Assembly (NCBI GenBank): GCA_903864275.1
Contig: CAIPFE010000035.1
Location: 24,874 to 88,873, forward strand
DNA length: 64,000 nt
Direction of reading: 5' to 3'
Origin: an uncultured Mucilaginibacter sp.
GTDB taxonomy: Bacteria > Bacteroidota > Bacteroidia > Sphingobacteriales > Sphingobacteriaceae
In this document: positions 9,501 to 19,624 of the stretch, one piece after another
Position numbering within the stretch: the stretch's first letter is position 1
Layout: each line of letters starts with the position of its first letter
Notes under the pieces: generated by a model
What the model was told of the DNA's origin: nothing
The model's database searches: none
Seen by the model: the letters and a program-made list of their open reading frames with translations, nothing else
Position numbers and translations under genes: made by a program

Positions 9501-11138
9501 TTACATCATTCCGCCCATGCCGCCGCCACCATGCATTGGAGCACCGCCACCTTTGTCTTCTTCAGGATCATCAGCCAATACACATTCTGTTGTTAACAAC
9601 ATTGCTGCGATCGAGGCTGCATTTTCCAGCGCTACACGACCTACTTTAGTTGGATCGATAACACCAGCTTTGATCAGGTTTTCATATTTATCGGTACGGG
9701 CATTATAACCAAAATCGGCTTTGCCTTCCCTTACTTTTTGCACTACGATCGAACCTTCGATACCTGCGTTTTCGCATATCTGGCGTAAAGGCTCTTCAAT
9801 AGCGCGACGGATGATCTGGATACCAGTGTTCTCGTCGTCATTATCACCCTTAAGGTTAACCAAAGCATCAACTGCACGGATGAAAGCAACACCACCGCCT
9901 GCAACAATACCTTCTTCGACAGCCGCACGGGTTGCATGTAAAGCATCGTCAACACGGTCTTTCTTTTCTTTCATTTCCACTTCAGAAGCTGCGCCGATAT
10001 ATAATACAGCAACACCGCCTGATAATTTGGCTAAACGTTCCTGTAATTTTTCTTTATCGTAATCAGAAGTTGTAGTTTCTATCTGGGCACGGATCTCGCT
10101 TACCCTTGCTTTAATGTTATCAGGGTTACCATCGCCATTAATAATGGTTGTGTTATCCTTGTCAATAGAAATTTTCTCAGCTTGTCCTAACATCGAAAGA
10201 TCAGCACTTTCCAGTTTGTAACCTCTTTCTTCCGAAATTACAGTACCGCCAGTTAACACAGCTATATCTTCAAGCATAGCTTTTCTGCGGTCGCCAAAGC
10301 CTGGGGCTTTAACGGCTGCGACTTTCAGTGAGCCACGGATCTTGTTAACTACCAAAGTAGCCAGCGCTTCGCCGTCGAGGTCTTCAGCTATAATTAATAG
10401 TGGTTTGCCGGTTTGAACTTGCTTTTCCAGGATAGGAAGCAATTCTTTCATCGAAGATATCTTTTTATCATAGATCAGGATGTATGGGCTTTCCAGCTCC
10501 ACTTCCATTTTGTCAGCATTGGTAACGAAGTACGGAGAAAGGTAACCACGGTCAAACTGCATACCTTCAACGGTTTTAACTTCAGTTTCAGTACCTTTTG
10601 CTTCTTCTACAGTAATTACACCGCTGGTTCCAACTTTTTTCATCGCATCGGCAATCATTTCGCCAATTTGTTCATCGTTGTTAGCCGAGATAGAAGCTAC
10701 TTGCTTGATTTTACTAAAATCATCGCCAACATCCTGTTTTTGCGATTTTAAGTTCTCAACAACAACCCTTACCGCTTTGTCGATACCGCGTTTCAAATCC
10801 ATTGGATTTGCGCCGGCAGCTACGTTTTTAATACCGGCTGTAACAATAGCCTGGGCTAAAAGCGTAGCAGTTGTGGTACCATCACCTGCAATATCTGCAG
10901 TTTTTGAGGCCACTTCTTTTATCATTTGAGCGCCCATATTTTCGATAGGGTCCTTTAACTCAATTTCCTTTGCAACAGTTACACCGTCTTTTGTAATAAC
11001 CGGTGAACCGAACTTCTTATCAATAATTACGTGACGGCCCTTTGGACCTAAAGTTACTTTAACTGCATTTGCTAAAATATCAACACCGCGTTTTAAGGCG
11101 TCACGTGCTTCTACATTGTATTTAACCTGTTTTGACAT
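9501..11138 (-). CDS. groL: Chaperonin GroEL
   Basis: [31 protein letters not shown] motifs; C-terminal GGMGGMM. Confidence 0.99.
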   Translation of the reverse strand: MSKQVKYNVEARDALKRGVDILANAVKVTLGPKGRHVIIDKKFGSPVITKDGVTVAKEIELKDPIENMGAQMIKEVASKTADIAGDGTTTATLLAQAIVTAGIKNVAAGANPMDLKRGIDKAVRVVVENLKSQKQDVGDDFSKIKQVASISANNDEQIGEMIADAMKKVGTSGVITVEEAKGTETEVKTVEGMQFDRGYLSPYFVTNADKMEVELESPYILIYDKKISSMKELLPILEKQVQTGKPLLIIAEDLDGEALATLVVNKIRGSLKVAAVKAPGFGDRRKAMLEDIAVLTGGTVISEERGYKLESADLSMLGQAEKISIDKDNTTIINGDGNPDNIKARVSEIRAQIETTTSDYDKEKLQERLAKLSGGVAVLYIGAASEVEMKEKKDRVDDALHATRAAVEEGIVAGGGVAFIRAVDALVNLKGDNDDENTGIQIIRRAIEEPLRQICENAGIEGSIVVQKVREGKADFGYNARTDKYENLIKAGVIDPTKVGRVALENAASIAAMLLTTECVLADDPEEDKGGGAPMHGGGGMGGMM

Positions 11139-11242
11139 TTTTTTTGATTTTTTAATTAATGATTTTTGTGAATTAATGATTTAGTGAACTATTGAATTAA
11201 AAACTAATTCCGTAATCCAATAATTCAATCCTTCAATAATTA

Positions 11243-11533
11243 TTACAGAACCGCGAAGATATCCGATTCACGCATAATTAAAAGTTCTTTGCCTTCATAG
11301 GTGATTTCGGTACCGGCGTATTTACCGTATAAAACCTGGTCGCCTACATTAACACCGATTGGGATAAGGCTGCCTGAGTCGGCATATTTACCAGGCCCAA
11401 CAGCTACAATAGTTCCTTTTTGTGGTTTCTCCTGCGCAGTTTCAGGTATGTAAATACCAGACGCGGTCATAGTTTCGGCGGGAGCAGCTTCTACTACTAC
11501 CCTGTCTCCGATAGGTTTGATTTTTAATGACAT
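11243..11533 (-). CDS. groS: Co-chaperonin GroES
   Basis: [37 protein letters not shown] motifs; directly upstream of groL. Confidence 0.99.
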   Translation of the reverse strand: MSLKIKPIGDRVVVEAAPAETMTASGIYIPETAQEKPQKGTIVAVGPGKYADSGSLIPIGVNVGDQVLYGKYAGTEITYEGKELLIMRESDIFAVL

Positions 11534-11580
11534 AGTTATACTATTTATTTAATTATAATTTAAGTTCTTGTTTGCTTTGC

Positions 11581-11596
11581 TCATCAATTATGCCAA
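11581..11596 (-). promoter_or_regulatory. Putative sigma54-type -24/-12 promoter of groESL
   Basis: Minus strand reads TTGGCATAATTGATGA (TGGCA box; GG-N10-GA instead of GC). No TAnnTTTG box was found between the secG terminator and groES. Confidence 0.45.
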
Positions 11597-11720
11597 GCAA
11601 ATGCAATTTCACTAATTGGCATACAATAGCTGATGTATTGTCACTTTTAGGTCAGTGAGGTTTTCATTCTTAACGATAGCTTAATATCGTAATGCCATCA
11701 TGTCAGTATGTAATTCTACT

Positions 11721-11757
11721 AAAAAAGGCCTTGCACCGCTTTACGGATGCAAGGCCT
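11721..11757 (-). terminator. Intrinsic terminator after secG
   Basis: Perfect 10-bp stem aggccttgca/tgcaaggcct followed by T6 on the minus strand. Confidence 0.85.
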
Positions 11758-11776
11758 CTATATTTTTTTAAGCTTT

Positions 11777-12166
11777 TTACTTTTTTTGTCCAGGGTTAGC
11801 CGGCCGTTGAGCTGCTGGCTGGGAGGTTGCGGGCTGCGATCCCGGCAAAGGTAATGTTGGCGCTGCAACAGGAGCTGCAGTCGATTTTGAAGCCTTTTCT
11901 GTTTGCTCCTTATACCGGTTGCTGCCTTGCTGTGTTGTGGCCCCGCCTTTTACGGCAACATTAATAGCCATTGATAAAACCATCAAAGTTATAGCAAGCA
12001 CCCAGGTGCCTTTTTCTAAAAAATCGCCTGTTTTTTGTACGCCCATTAATTGTGATGAGCTTGAGAAATTCGATGACAAACCACCACCCTTGGGGTTTTG
12101 TATTAAAACTATAAGTACTAAAAGTACACAAACGATGATCGCGATGATCAATAATAACTGGTACAT
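11777..12166 (-). CDS. secG: Preprotein translocase subunit SecG
   Basis: LIVLIQNPKGGGLSSNF...GVQKTGDFLEKGTW motif. Confidence 0.95.
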   Translation of the reverse strand: MYQLLLIIAIIVCVLLVLIVLIQNPKGGGLSSNFSSSSQLMGVQKTGDFLEKGTWVLAITLMVLSMAINVAVKGGATTQQGSNRYKEQTEKASKSTAAPVAAPTLPLPGSQPATSQPAAQRPANPGQKK

Positions 12167-12175
12167 TATTTTATA

Positions 12176-13951
12176 TTAATTGGTTTTCTTTTCTAACTGT
12201 TCTATTTTGTCGGCAAAGTAACGGCTTTTTTCCGGGAATTTCAACATCAATTTTTTATACGATGCTATAGCCTTATGGTAAAGCATCTGGTCCGAATAAA
12301 TAACCGCCAGTGTTTCGGTTACCAGCTCATCACGGTCTTCCGAGCTTTTCTTTGCTTTATTTTCATTATCAATTTTATCACTGCTTTGGGGCTTAATTTG
12401 CGGTTCTTCTTTTATAAAGCGCTCAATAATAACATGCTCTTTGCGCTTTATATTATACGGAGCTGTAAGCGGGGGGGCATTTTTGTCTAATTCATCAACC
12501 GAAGTTATATGGAAAATATTCTCAAAATACTGCTGCTGTAATTCATCAGTGGCCCTTTTTGGCTGATTACTTAAATTAGCCCCTTCTGGTTTTACGTATG
12601 GCTGATAGGCCCCGGCATGCTCTTTACGCGTTTTATCAAGCCACCACATAAAGGTATAGGGCATCTTCTCGTCATTGTACTTTGAAACATCCTGGTGATC
12701 AGTATTATCTGCGGCGGCGGTGTCAGCCGTGCTTCCTGGTGAAGCCTTCGCCACATTCTCTGCCTGATCAGCTTGTTTATGGTCGCCAAATGCCTTGTCA
12801 AACATAAAAAAATCTGTTGAGGCAATACTTTCAGGTACCAATTTTTCTACGTCGTCAGCCGCCGGCTTTCTTTCTTCGTGTTCTGCCGCTGCCTGGTTAG
12901 TTTCAGGCCCGGTGCTTATATCTTCAATACCAACAATTTCATCGAAAGTTTCTTCTTCAATAGCTTTTTCGGGCTCTTGTTCATTGGCTTCAACAGCCTC
13001 GGGGTCTCCAATTGTCGCTTCGGTTTCTGCAGCGGACTCAATGTAGGCCGGTTCATCCTGTTCCTCTTTTTCAGTTACGGCTTGATGAATTAATTCAGGC
13101 TCCTGGACGGATGAAGTTTCCGCTGAGATAGCCTCATGAACTTCAGCATCTTTATTTTCAACGGCTTCTTCCGGTTCAATATCCTCCGCGACAGCGTGAT
13201 GAATTAATTCAGGTTCCTCGTGAGATGATATAGTTTCGGGGGATACCGCTTCGTGAAATTCGGCAGCCGTATCTTCAGCCGCTTCCACTATATCCTCACG
13301 TTCGGTAGCTGCATCATGAATTAATTCAGGCTCCTGGGGTGCAGTTACAGCATCAGCCGACAGTTCTTCATGAGGTTCGTTGCCTATATTTTCTCCCGGT
13401 TCTTCAATGGGGGTGTTTTCTGCAATTTCGGGAACGGCTTCTGATATGTGATACTCATCGACCAGCGAGCTGCCTGCAGGCAAATCTTCTTCATCAGCTA
13501 TTGCAATTTGGTGATCCTCAAGTCCTGTCGCTGCTTCCGGCTCGCTTTCAACCACCCGGTGATCGTCTGCATGGGAATCAATAACGGCATCTTGAACATT
13601 TTCGCCCGGCTGCACAAACAAATTTTCCTCCGTTTGCAGGGGTTTGTCTTGCTGATAATGCCCATTGGACCTGATTCCGGTTTGAATAATAATTTTGTCA
13701 TCAGGCACACCGGTAAACGTTGACGGGGCATTGATCAGTTTATATAACGATTTGGCATTGAAATAAACTGAGGCCTGCCTTAAATTCTTTTCATCACTGG
13801 CATGCGCGAGCAGGGCCTGCAATATACCGCTTTGCGGAAAATCATTGACCAGCCGCTGCAAATTATAAGCATACAAATGGGCGTCGTTGGCCGGATTGGC
13901 TAACAATGCCCATAAAAACTCGTTCTTACTATTATTTAAATCTTGATCCAC
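12176..13951 (-). CDS. Conserved hypothetical protein with a long acidic low-complexity linker and a TPR-like C-terminus
   Basis: 591 aa, GTG start. N-terminal helix (LQRLVNDFPQSGILQALLA); acidic middle with 3 internal repeats; C-terminal LVTETLAVIYSDQMLYHKAIASYKKLMLKFPEKSRYFA. Confidence 0.8.
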   Translation of the reverse strand: MDQDLNNSKNEFLWALLANPANDAHLYAYNLQRLVNDFPQSGILQALLAHASDEKNLRQASVYFNAKSLYKLINAPSTFTGVPDDKIIIQTGIRSNGHYQQDKPLQTEENLFVQPGENVQDAVIDSHADDHRVVESEPEAATGLEDHQIAIADEEDLPAGSSLVDEYHISEAVPEIAENTPIEEPGENIGNEPHEELSADAVTAPQEPELIHDAATEREDIVEAAEDTAAEFHEAVSPETISSHEEPELIHHAVAEDIEPEEAVENKDAEVHEAISAETSSVQEPELIHQAVTEKEEQDEPAYIESAAETEATIGDPEAVEANEQEPEKAIEEETFDEIVGIEDISTGPETNQAAAEHEERKPAADDVEKLVPESIASTDFFMFDKAFGDHKQADQAENVAKASPGSTADTAAADNTDHQDVSKYNDEKMPYTFMWWLDKTRKEHAGAYQPYVKPEGANLSNQPKRATDELQQQYFENIFHITSVDELDKNAPPLTAPYNIKRKEHVIIERFIKEEPQIKPQSSDKIDNENKAKKSSEDRDELVTETLAVIYSDQMLYHKAIASYKKLMLKFPEKSRYFADKIEQLEKKTN

Positions 13952-13972
13952 GAGGTTGAAACTACAAATTGC

Positions 13973-14497
13973 TTACCAATTTGCAAAGGCTCTGTTAAAA
14001 ATATCTTCTGTTAACTGTTTATTAATAGCTGCAATCAATGTTTGCTCCTGTGAATTAATATCACCGGAAAATGGCAAAGCCTTTGAAAACGATGATTCAA
14101 AATTATCTTTTTTATCCAGGTTATTTACATATTTCACATTAACCGTAATTGTTAACTGGCTCGCGCCCGCTATAGGCGCTACATTGTTAGCGGTGGCATT
14201 GATAGACACTGGTGAAATATTATAATCGGTAATAGTGCCCGACATTACGACATCCGCTTCACCAGTTACGACGCCGAGGCGTGAAGTATTCCTGATGCGG
14301 TCTTTCAACGCCTCAGTAAATAGGGTGCTTAAATTATTAACTACAAGTGCAGCATTATTTTCAAAAAACTCCACCCTTATGGTTTTCACGGCGGGAGGGA
14401 TTGAAGACCCATTGAGGCTTAACTTATAGGTACATGACGGAAAAACCAATAGCAAACATATAAATGCTATTATTACCCTCGTTATCCTTTTCATCAA
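13973..14497 (-). CDS. lptE: LPS assembly lipoprotein LptE family
   Basis: Lipobox (FPSC), YKLSLNGSSI, VEFFENNA, FTEALKDRI, QLTEDIFNRAFANW. Confidence 0.85.
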   Translation of the reverse strand: MMKRITRVIIAFICLLLVFPSCTYKLSLNGSSIPPAVKTIRVEFFENNAALVVNNLSTLFTEALKDRIRNTSRLGVVTGEADVVMSGTITDYNISPVSINATANNVAPIAGASQLTITVNVKYVNNLDKKDNFESSFSKALPFSGDINSQEQTLIAAINKQLTEDIFNRAFANW

Positions 14498-15736
14498 TTA
14501 TAAATTTAATTCCTTTATTTTCCGGTACAAAGTCCGTTCAGATATCCCCAATTCACTTGCTGCCAGTTTCCGCTTCCCTTTGTGTTTTTTTAAGGCTTTC
14601 CGTATCAGGTCCGACTCTTTATCAATAAGCGAAAGGGATTCCTCTACCTCCTCGGCATCCTGCGTTATGTTATACGCATTAGGATTATTATTATTGTTGA
14701 TACCCGGCTTTTGTAATGTAAATTGTGTCTCAGGCGTTCCGGGCATATCAATATCGCGATATAAATGGTTCAATGTTTGCGAATGATTAGCATGGTTGAT
14801 GGAAACGCCGCCATGTTCGATTATATCAGCAACCAGTTTTTTAAGTTCAACCATATCGCGCTTCATATCAAACAATACCTTATACAAAATATCCCGTTCC
14901 GAAAAATCCTCCTTTTGCTGGTTATCCAAACGCATCGGCAAGTTGCGGCCGCTTGTTTCCATAGGAATGTAAGTAAGCAGGGTTTGCGCGGTAATAACCC
15001 GGTCGCGTTCAAGCACCGCCAACTGTTCGGCCATATTTTTTAACTGCCTTATATTGCCCGGCCATGAATAATTGATTAATACTTGCTGGGCCTCGTCATC
15101 CAGCTGTATTGGGGGGGTACGGTATTTATCGGTAAAATCGGAAGTAAATTTCCTGAAAAGTAGATACACATCCTCTTTCCTGTCGCGCAGGGGTGGGATT
15201 TTTAAAGGCACCGTATTTAAACGGTAATAAAGATCTTCCCTGAATTTCCCGCTTTTAACGGCATCGTAGACATCAACATTGGTGGCGGCTATAACCCGCA
15301 CATTTGTTTTTTCGACCTTTGAAGAACCTACTTTTATGTATTGGCCCGATTCAAGCACCCTTAACAAACGAGCCTGTGTACCTAATGGCATTTCGGCTAT
15401 TTCATCCAAAAATATAGTCCCCCCATTTACGGTTTCAAAATATCCTTTACGCTCGCCAACTGCGCCGGTGTAGGCCCCTTTTTCGTGGCCGAATAATTCA
15501 GAATCAATGGTCCCCTCCGGTATGGCACCGCAGTTTACAGCGATGAAAGGCCCATGCTTACGCGGGCTCATCTGGTGTATGATATGCGAAAAAACTTCTT
15601 TCCCGCTGCCGCTTTCCCCGGTAATCAAAACAGAAATATCCGTCGGCGCTACCTGGTTAGCAATATTTATAGCCCGGTTAAGCAAAGGCGAATTGCCGAT
15701 GATACCGAAGCGTTGTTTTATTTCTTGTATTTCCAT
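14498..15736 (-). CDS. Sigma54-interacting transcriptional activator (AAA+ plus Fis HTH, no N-terminal sensory domain)
   Basis: ITGESGSGKE, ELFGHEKGAYTGA, FLDEIAE, FREDLYYRL, WPGNIRQL, C-terminal AASELGISERTLYRKI. Confidence 0.95.
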   Translation of the reverse strand: MEIQEIKQRFGIIGNSPLLNRAINIANQVAPTDISVLITGESGSGKEVFSHIIHQMSPRKHGPFIAVNCGAIPEGTIDSELFGHEKGAYTGAVGERKGYFETVNGGTIFLDEIAEMPLGTQARLLRVLESGQYIKVGSSKVEKTNVRVIAATNVDVYDAVKSGKFREDLYYRLNTVPLKIPPLRDRKEDVYLLFRKFTSDFTDKYRTPPIQLDDEAQQVLINYSWPGNIRQLKNMAEQLAVLERDRVITAQTLLTYIPMETSGRNLPMRLDNQQKEDFSERDILYKVLFDMKRDMVELKKLVADIIEHGGVSINHANHSQTLNHLYRDIDMPGTPETQFTLQKPGINNNNNPNAYNITQDAEEVEESLSLIDKESDLIRKALKKHKGKRKLAASELGISERTLYRKIKELNL

Positions 15737-15737
15737 A

Positions 15738-15885
15738 CCCCCCGACCTCCCTAAAGGGGGAGTTTTTTGTTTAAATGTTTGCCCCAGCCCCTAAAGGGGA
15801 GTTAACTTAATAATTAATTATTTTGCCCCAAACCCATACGCTGATTTACCAACCACGCGTAACTCCCCTTTAGGGGGTTTGGGGG
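15738..15885. repeat. Cluster of three REP-like CCCC-N-CCCCTAAAGGGG hairpins
   Basis: Copies at 15738-15762, 15782-15801 and 15863-15885 (inverted; contains the miaB stop). Related copies at 50567-50590, 58291-58322 and 16593-16611. Confidence 0.8.
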
Positions 15886-17405
15886 ATGCCGATCAACGTC
15901 GCCGTCGTACTTCTTTCAATGATGACATTAACATACTGCCCTGGTTGATAACCGTCTCCTACAGGGAAAACAACCATCGCATTCTGGTCGCTTCTTCCGC
16001 AATAATCATTATTTGATTTTTTTGAAAAACCTTCTATTAATACTTTTTGCGTGGTGCCCACTTGTGCCTGCAGCCGCAAAAAGGAATGTTCCTGTTGCTT
16101 TGCTACTATTTCCTTTAACCGCTGACGCTTTACAGCATCGGGTATATCATCTGGGTAACGCTTGGCTGCTAAAGTTCCCGGCCTTTCGGAGTACATGAAC
16201 ATATAGGCGAAGTCATAATGCACATAGTCCATCATGCTCAAGGTATCCTGGTGCTCTTCTTCTGTTTCGCTGCAAAACCCGGTGATCACATCTGTTGATA
16301 TGGCACACCCGGGGATTATCCGGCGGATAGCATTAATGCGGTCAATATACCAATCCCGGTCATAAGTGCGGTTCATAAGTTCCAATACCCGGCTGTTGCC
16401 CGATTGTACCGGCAGGTGGATATAATTGCAAATATTGTCGTACTTATTTATCGTGTGTAAAACCTCGTCGGTAATATCCTTTGGATGCGAAGTTGAAAAA
16501 CGCACCCGCAGGGCAGGGCTGATTTGGGCAACTAATTCGAGGAGGTTGGAGAAGTTGACCGTTCTTACCTCCTTAAAGTTTTCCTTTTCAGACCCCTCCC
16601 CTTTGGAGGGGGTAGAGTGAGGCGTCTCCTGGCGTTCCTCGTTACTAATTTCTTCCTGCCTTTCGCCTTTCGCCTTTTGCCTTTCACCTTCGGACCATTT
16701 ATACGAATCCACATTTTGCCCAAGCAAGGTAACTTCGCGGTAACCGCAGTTAAACAGGTCAGTACATTCATTAACGATGGATTGTGGGTCACGACTGCGT
16801 TCGCGGCCACGGGTAAACGGAACTACGCAGAAGGAACACATATTATCGCAGCCTCGCATAATGGAAACAAAGGCATTGATGCCGTTGCTGTTTAAACGTA
16901 CCGGGCTAATATCTGCATAAGTTTCCTCGCGCGATAAAAGTACATTTACCGCTTTTTGGCCGCCGTCAACCTGTTCTATCAGGTTTGGAAGGTCGCGGTA
17001 AGCGTCAGGCCCCACAACAACATCAACCAGCTTTTCTTCTTCTAAAAATTTTGACTTCAGGCGTTCTGCCATGCAACCCAGTACACCTACCACTAAACCC
17101 GGGTTTTTAACCTTGGCAATGGTAAATTCTCTCAGGCGGTTACGTACACGCTGCTCTGCATTTTCCCGGATAGAGCAGGTGTTTATAAAAATAACGTCGG
17201 CAACGGTATAATCAGATGTGGTTTCAAATCCCTGTTCCAGTAAAATAGAAGCTACGATCTCGCTGTCCGAGAAATTCATCGCGCAGCCATAGCTTTCGAT
17301 GTACAATTTACGCCCATTGTTTTTAGCGGTAATTGGTTCTAATACCAAAGCTTCTCCCTGCCTGCTTTCATCATGTAACTTATCCGGAATAAGCAAATCC
17401 ATCAT
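15870..17405 (-). CDS. miaB: tRNA-i6A37 methylthiotransferase MiaB, with an in-frame repeat-derived insertion
   Basis: [27 protein letters not shown], radical [22 protein letters not shown] domain. Start at 17405, downstream of a TATTTTTG -7 box at 17425-17432. Confidence 0.97.
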   Translation of the reverse strand: MMDLLIPDKLHDESRQGEALVLEPITAKNNGRKLYIESYGCAMNFSDSEIVASILLEQGFETTSDYTVADVIFINTCSIRENAEQRVRNRLREFTIAKVKNPGLVVGVLGCMAERLKSKFLEEEKLVDVVVGPDAYRDLPNLIEQVDGGQKAVNVLLSREETYADISPVRLNSNGINAFVSIMRGCDNMCSFCVVPFTRGRERSRDPQSIVNECTDLFNCGYREVTLLGQNVDSYKWSEGERQKAKGERQEEISNEERQETPHSTPSKGEGSEKENFKEVRTVNFSNLLELVAQISPALRVRFSTSHPKDITDEVLHTINKYDNICNYIHLPVQSGNSRVLELMNRTYDRDWYIDRINAIRRIIPGCAISTDVITGFCSETEEEHQDTLSMMDYVHYDFAYMFMYSERPGTLAAKRYPDDIPDAVKRQRLKEIVAKQQEHSFLRLQAQVGTTQKVLIEGFSKKSNNDYCGRSDQNAMVVFPVGDGYQPGQYVNVIIERSTTATLIGIPQTP

Positions 17406-17452
17406 CCTTATAAAAATTAGTCTGCAAAAATACATAAAATTTATATACAGTG

Positions 17453-17465
17453 TGACAGATTGTCA
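17453..17465. promoter_or_regulatory. Perfect palindrome TGACA-GAT-TGTCA over the -33 region of the miaB operon promoter
   Basis: Seen in sequence. Similar motifs lie at 11693-11705 and 11631-11643 upstream of groES. Confidence 0.55.
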
Positions 17466-17522
17466 GTAATATATTATTCATTGGGTCGTTCGTCATTCGG
17501 TTCACTTATCTAAACATTATAA

Positions 17523-17711
17523 CCTTTCAACATTCCAACATTACAACCACTCAAAAAAACTGAAACAAAGGTTAACGTAGCAATAATAAAAGTTAGTAAT
17601 TTGGTTGACAAGTTTAATGAAGACCGGAAAGAAAAACGTGACGAACGTAAAAAGGAACGCCAGGTCAGAAAAGATTCTATAAAACAAAGCAAGTTAACCA
17701 AGAAAAATTAA
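17523..17711 (+). pseudogene. Start-less 3' remnant of a paralog of the downstream 604 aa gene
   Basis: Open frame ...LKKTETKVNVAIIKVSNLVDKFNEDRKEKRDERKKERQVRKDSIKQSKLTKKN*. It resembles the LDKKTE...charged tail of the next gene, and its TAA overlaps the next ATG (TAATG). Confidence 0.6.
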
Positions 17712-19525
17712 TGGCATTTACCGTTTTAAAGCATAGATGGCATAAAGTAAGCGTTGGTGTTTTGATATTATTTATTGTACTTATTGCGATACTGGCTTTC
17801 CTGGTAAACCACTATTGGTCGCCTATATTGGCGTCAAAAGTTAAAGAGGTTGTTCTAAAAAGCAGTGACAGTTTATATAAGGCAGATTTTTCTTCGGCCC
17901 AGTTACATGTGGTCAGGGGCAGTGTAGAGTTCTTCAATATTACATTAAAGCCCGATACTGCGGTTTATAACAGGCGAAAGAAACAAGGCCTGGCGCCTAA
18001 CAATTTGGTTGAGCTGCATGTAAAGCGCCTTATCTTATCACATATCCATCCTTTCAAACTATACTTTCAGCATAAACTTGATATTGGTGAGATCGTTTTG
18101 TACGAGCCATCGCTCCATGTAAGTTACCAGCTAAACCATACCCGAGATACCGTATTAAAGCAAAACCAAACAGCCTGGCAAAAGATATCAAAAAGCCTCA
18201 ATTCAATTCATATCGGGAGTATTATATTGGGAGATGTTAAATTGAAGTACGACGATTATTCGGGGAATAAGGTTGCGGTGTCAGAATTAAAGGAAATGGA
18301 TCTGAGCGCGCATGATCTCCTGATCGACTCTGCCACACAGACAGACAAGTCGAGGCTGTTTTATTGTAAAGACATTATAGCAGAATTGAATAATTACTCG
18401 GCCAAATCGCCAAACGGTTTATACACTTATACTTTTAAACATCTTAAGCTTTCTACGCTGAGGTCGCAGCTTAATGTTGAAGGTTTGACGTTACAACCAA
18501 TTAATCCGGCCCAATTTTTTGAAAAAAGCCACAGGGACAGGTTTATTGCGCGGGTTGATTCACTCCAAATAAATAATTTCGATTTCTTAAATTATCATAA
18601 ATACCGCGCGCTGAGGGCATCAAATCTTTTTTTAAAAAAAGGCACAGTTGAGGTATTCGGCAATCCGAATCATCTCCTTGTTAATACTGATAAAATAAAA
18701 AGCTTTCCCAATGTCGGCCTTTTTAAAATAAATATGGATTTGAAAATCGATACTGCTTCAGTTCAAAATATCAGTGTTTTTTATACCGAATTTAATGCAA
18801 AATCAAATGAATACGGTACAATATCCTTCAACAACACCAGCGGGCGTTTTTTAAACATTACTACCAACAAGCAGGACTTACAAAAAAACAACATCATTGC
18901 CGCTAAGCTTACCAGCTATTTTATGAACAAGGGAAAGCTAAACCTGGAGGTTACTTTCAATTTAACCGATGAAAATAATTCATTCAGCTACAAAGGCAAC
19001 CTGGGGCCGATGGACCTTAAATTCGTTAATCCGGCCATAAAGCCATTATCAATGGTAAAAATTAATTCGGGGACAATAAAACAATTTAGTTTCGACATTC
19101 ATGCTAACCGTACCTTTGCCAACGGCAAGGTTGAAGTTTTGTACAACGGTCTTAAGGTAAGCATACTAAAAATTGATACTGCATTTGATGATCTGAAAAA
19201 GACGCCCATCGCATCGCTATTTGCTAACCTTTTTATCCTTAAGCATGATAACCCCGATAAAGAAGGTGAAGTGCCAAGGTCAGTTAACGTGAGCTATACC
19301 CGGACACCTGAAACCCCCTTTTTTAAATTCGCCTGGAAAACGTTGCTCGCCGGGATAAAACCTTGTATCGGCCTGGATAAAAAAACGGAGAACGCTGTCA
19401 TTGCAATGCAGAACCAGCACGTAATTAATAAACAGAACCGCAAAATAAAAAAAGAACAAAGGATAAAACGGCGGGAAGCACGGCGCGAAAAAAGGGCGGA
19501 GAAGAAGTTGGCAGCCGGTGGATGA
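17711..19525 (+). CDS. AsmA/DUF748-like membrane-anchored protein
   Basis: N-terminal TM anchor, beta-rich body, C-terminal FFKFAWKTLLAGIKPCIGL and a basic tail. Confidence 0.7.
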   Translation: MAFTVLKHRWHKVSVGVLILFIVLIAILAFLVNHYWSPILASKVKEVVLKSSDSLYKADFSSAQLHVVRGSVEFFNITLKPDTAVYNRRKKQGLAPNNLVELHVKRLILSHIHPFKLYFQHKLDIGEIVLYEPSLHVSYQLNHTRDTVLKQNQTAWQKISKSLNSIHIGSIILGDVKLKYDDYSGNKVAVSELKEMDLSAHDLLIDSATQTDKSRLFYCKDIIAELNNYSAKSPNGLYTYTFKHLKLSTLRSQLNVEGLTLQPINPAQFFEKSHRDRFIARVDSLQINNFDFLNYHKYRALRASNLFLKKGTVEVFGNPNHLLVNTDKIKSFPNVGLFKINMDLKIDTASVQNISVFYTEFNAKSNEYGTISFNNTSGRFLNITTNKQDLQKNNIIAAKLTSYFMNKGKLNLEVTFNLTDENNSFSYKGNLGPMDLKFVNPAIKPLSMVKINSGTIKQFSFDIHANRTFANGKVEVLYNGLKVSILKIDTAFDDLKKTPIASLFANLFILKHDNPDKEGEVPRSVNVSYTRTPETPFFKFAWKTLLAGIKPCIGLDKKTENAVIAMQNQHVINKQNRKIKKEQRIKRREARREKRAEKKLAAGG

Positions 19526-19624
19526 GCCGTGAGTGGCAGTATCACTATCGCGTAATTCGTAAATAAATTCCGCTCCCGTGCAACATTTTGGTCCGTGGGC
19601 ACATCTTATCAATTAAAAAACATT

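Noticed and set aside
11534-11720. CIRCE (HrcA) operator upstream of groESL
   Set aside because: No TTAGCACTC-N9-GAGTGCTAA-like sequence was found.
17510-17701. Minus-strand 63 aa ORF
   Set aside because: Antisense to the plus-strand relic frame, which has paralog similarity and a TAATG-coupled stop.
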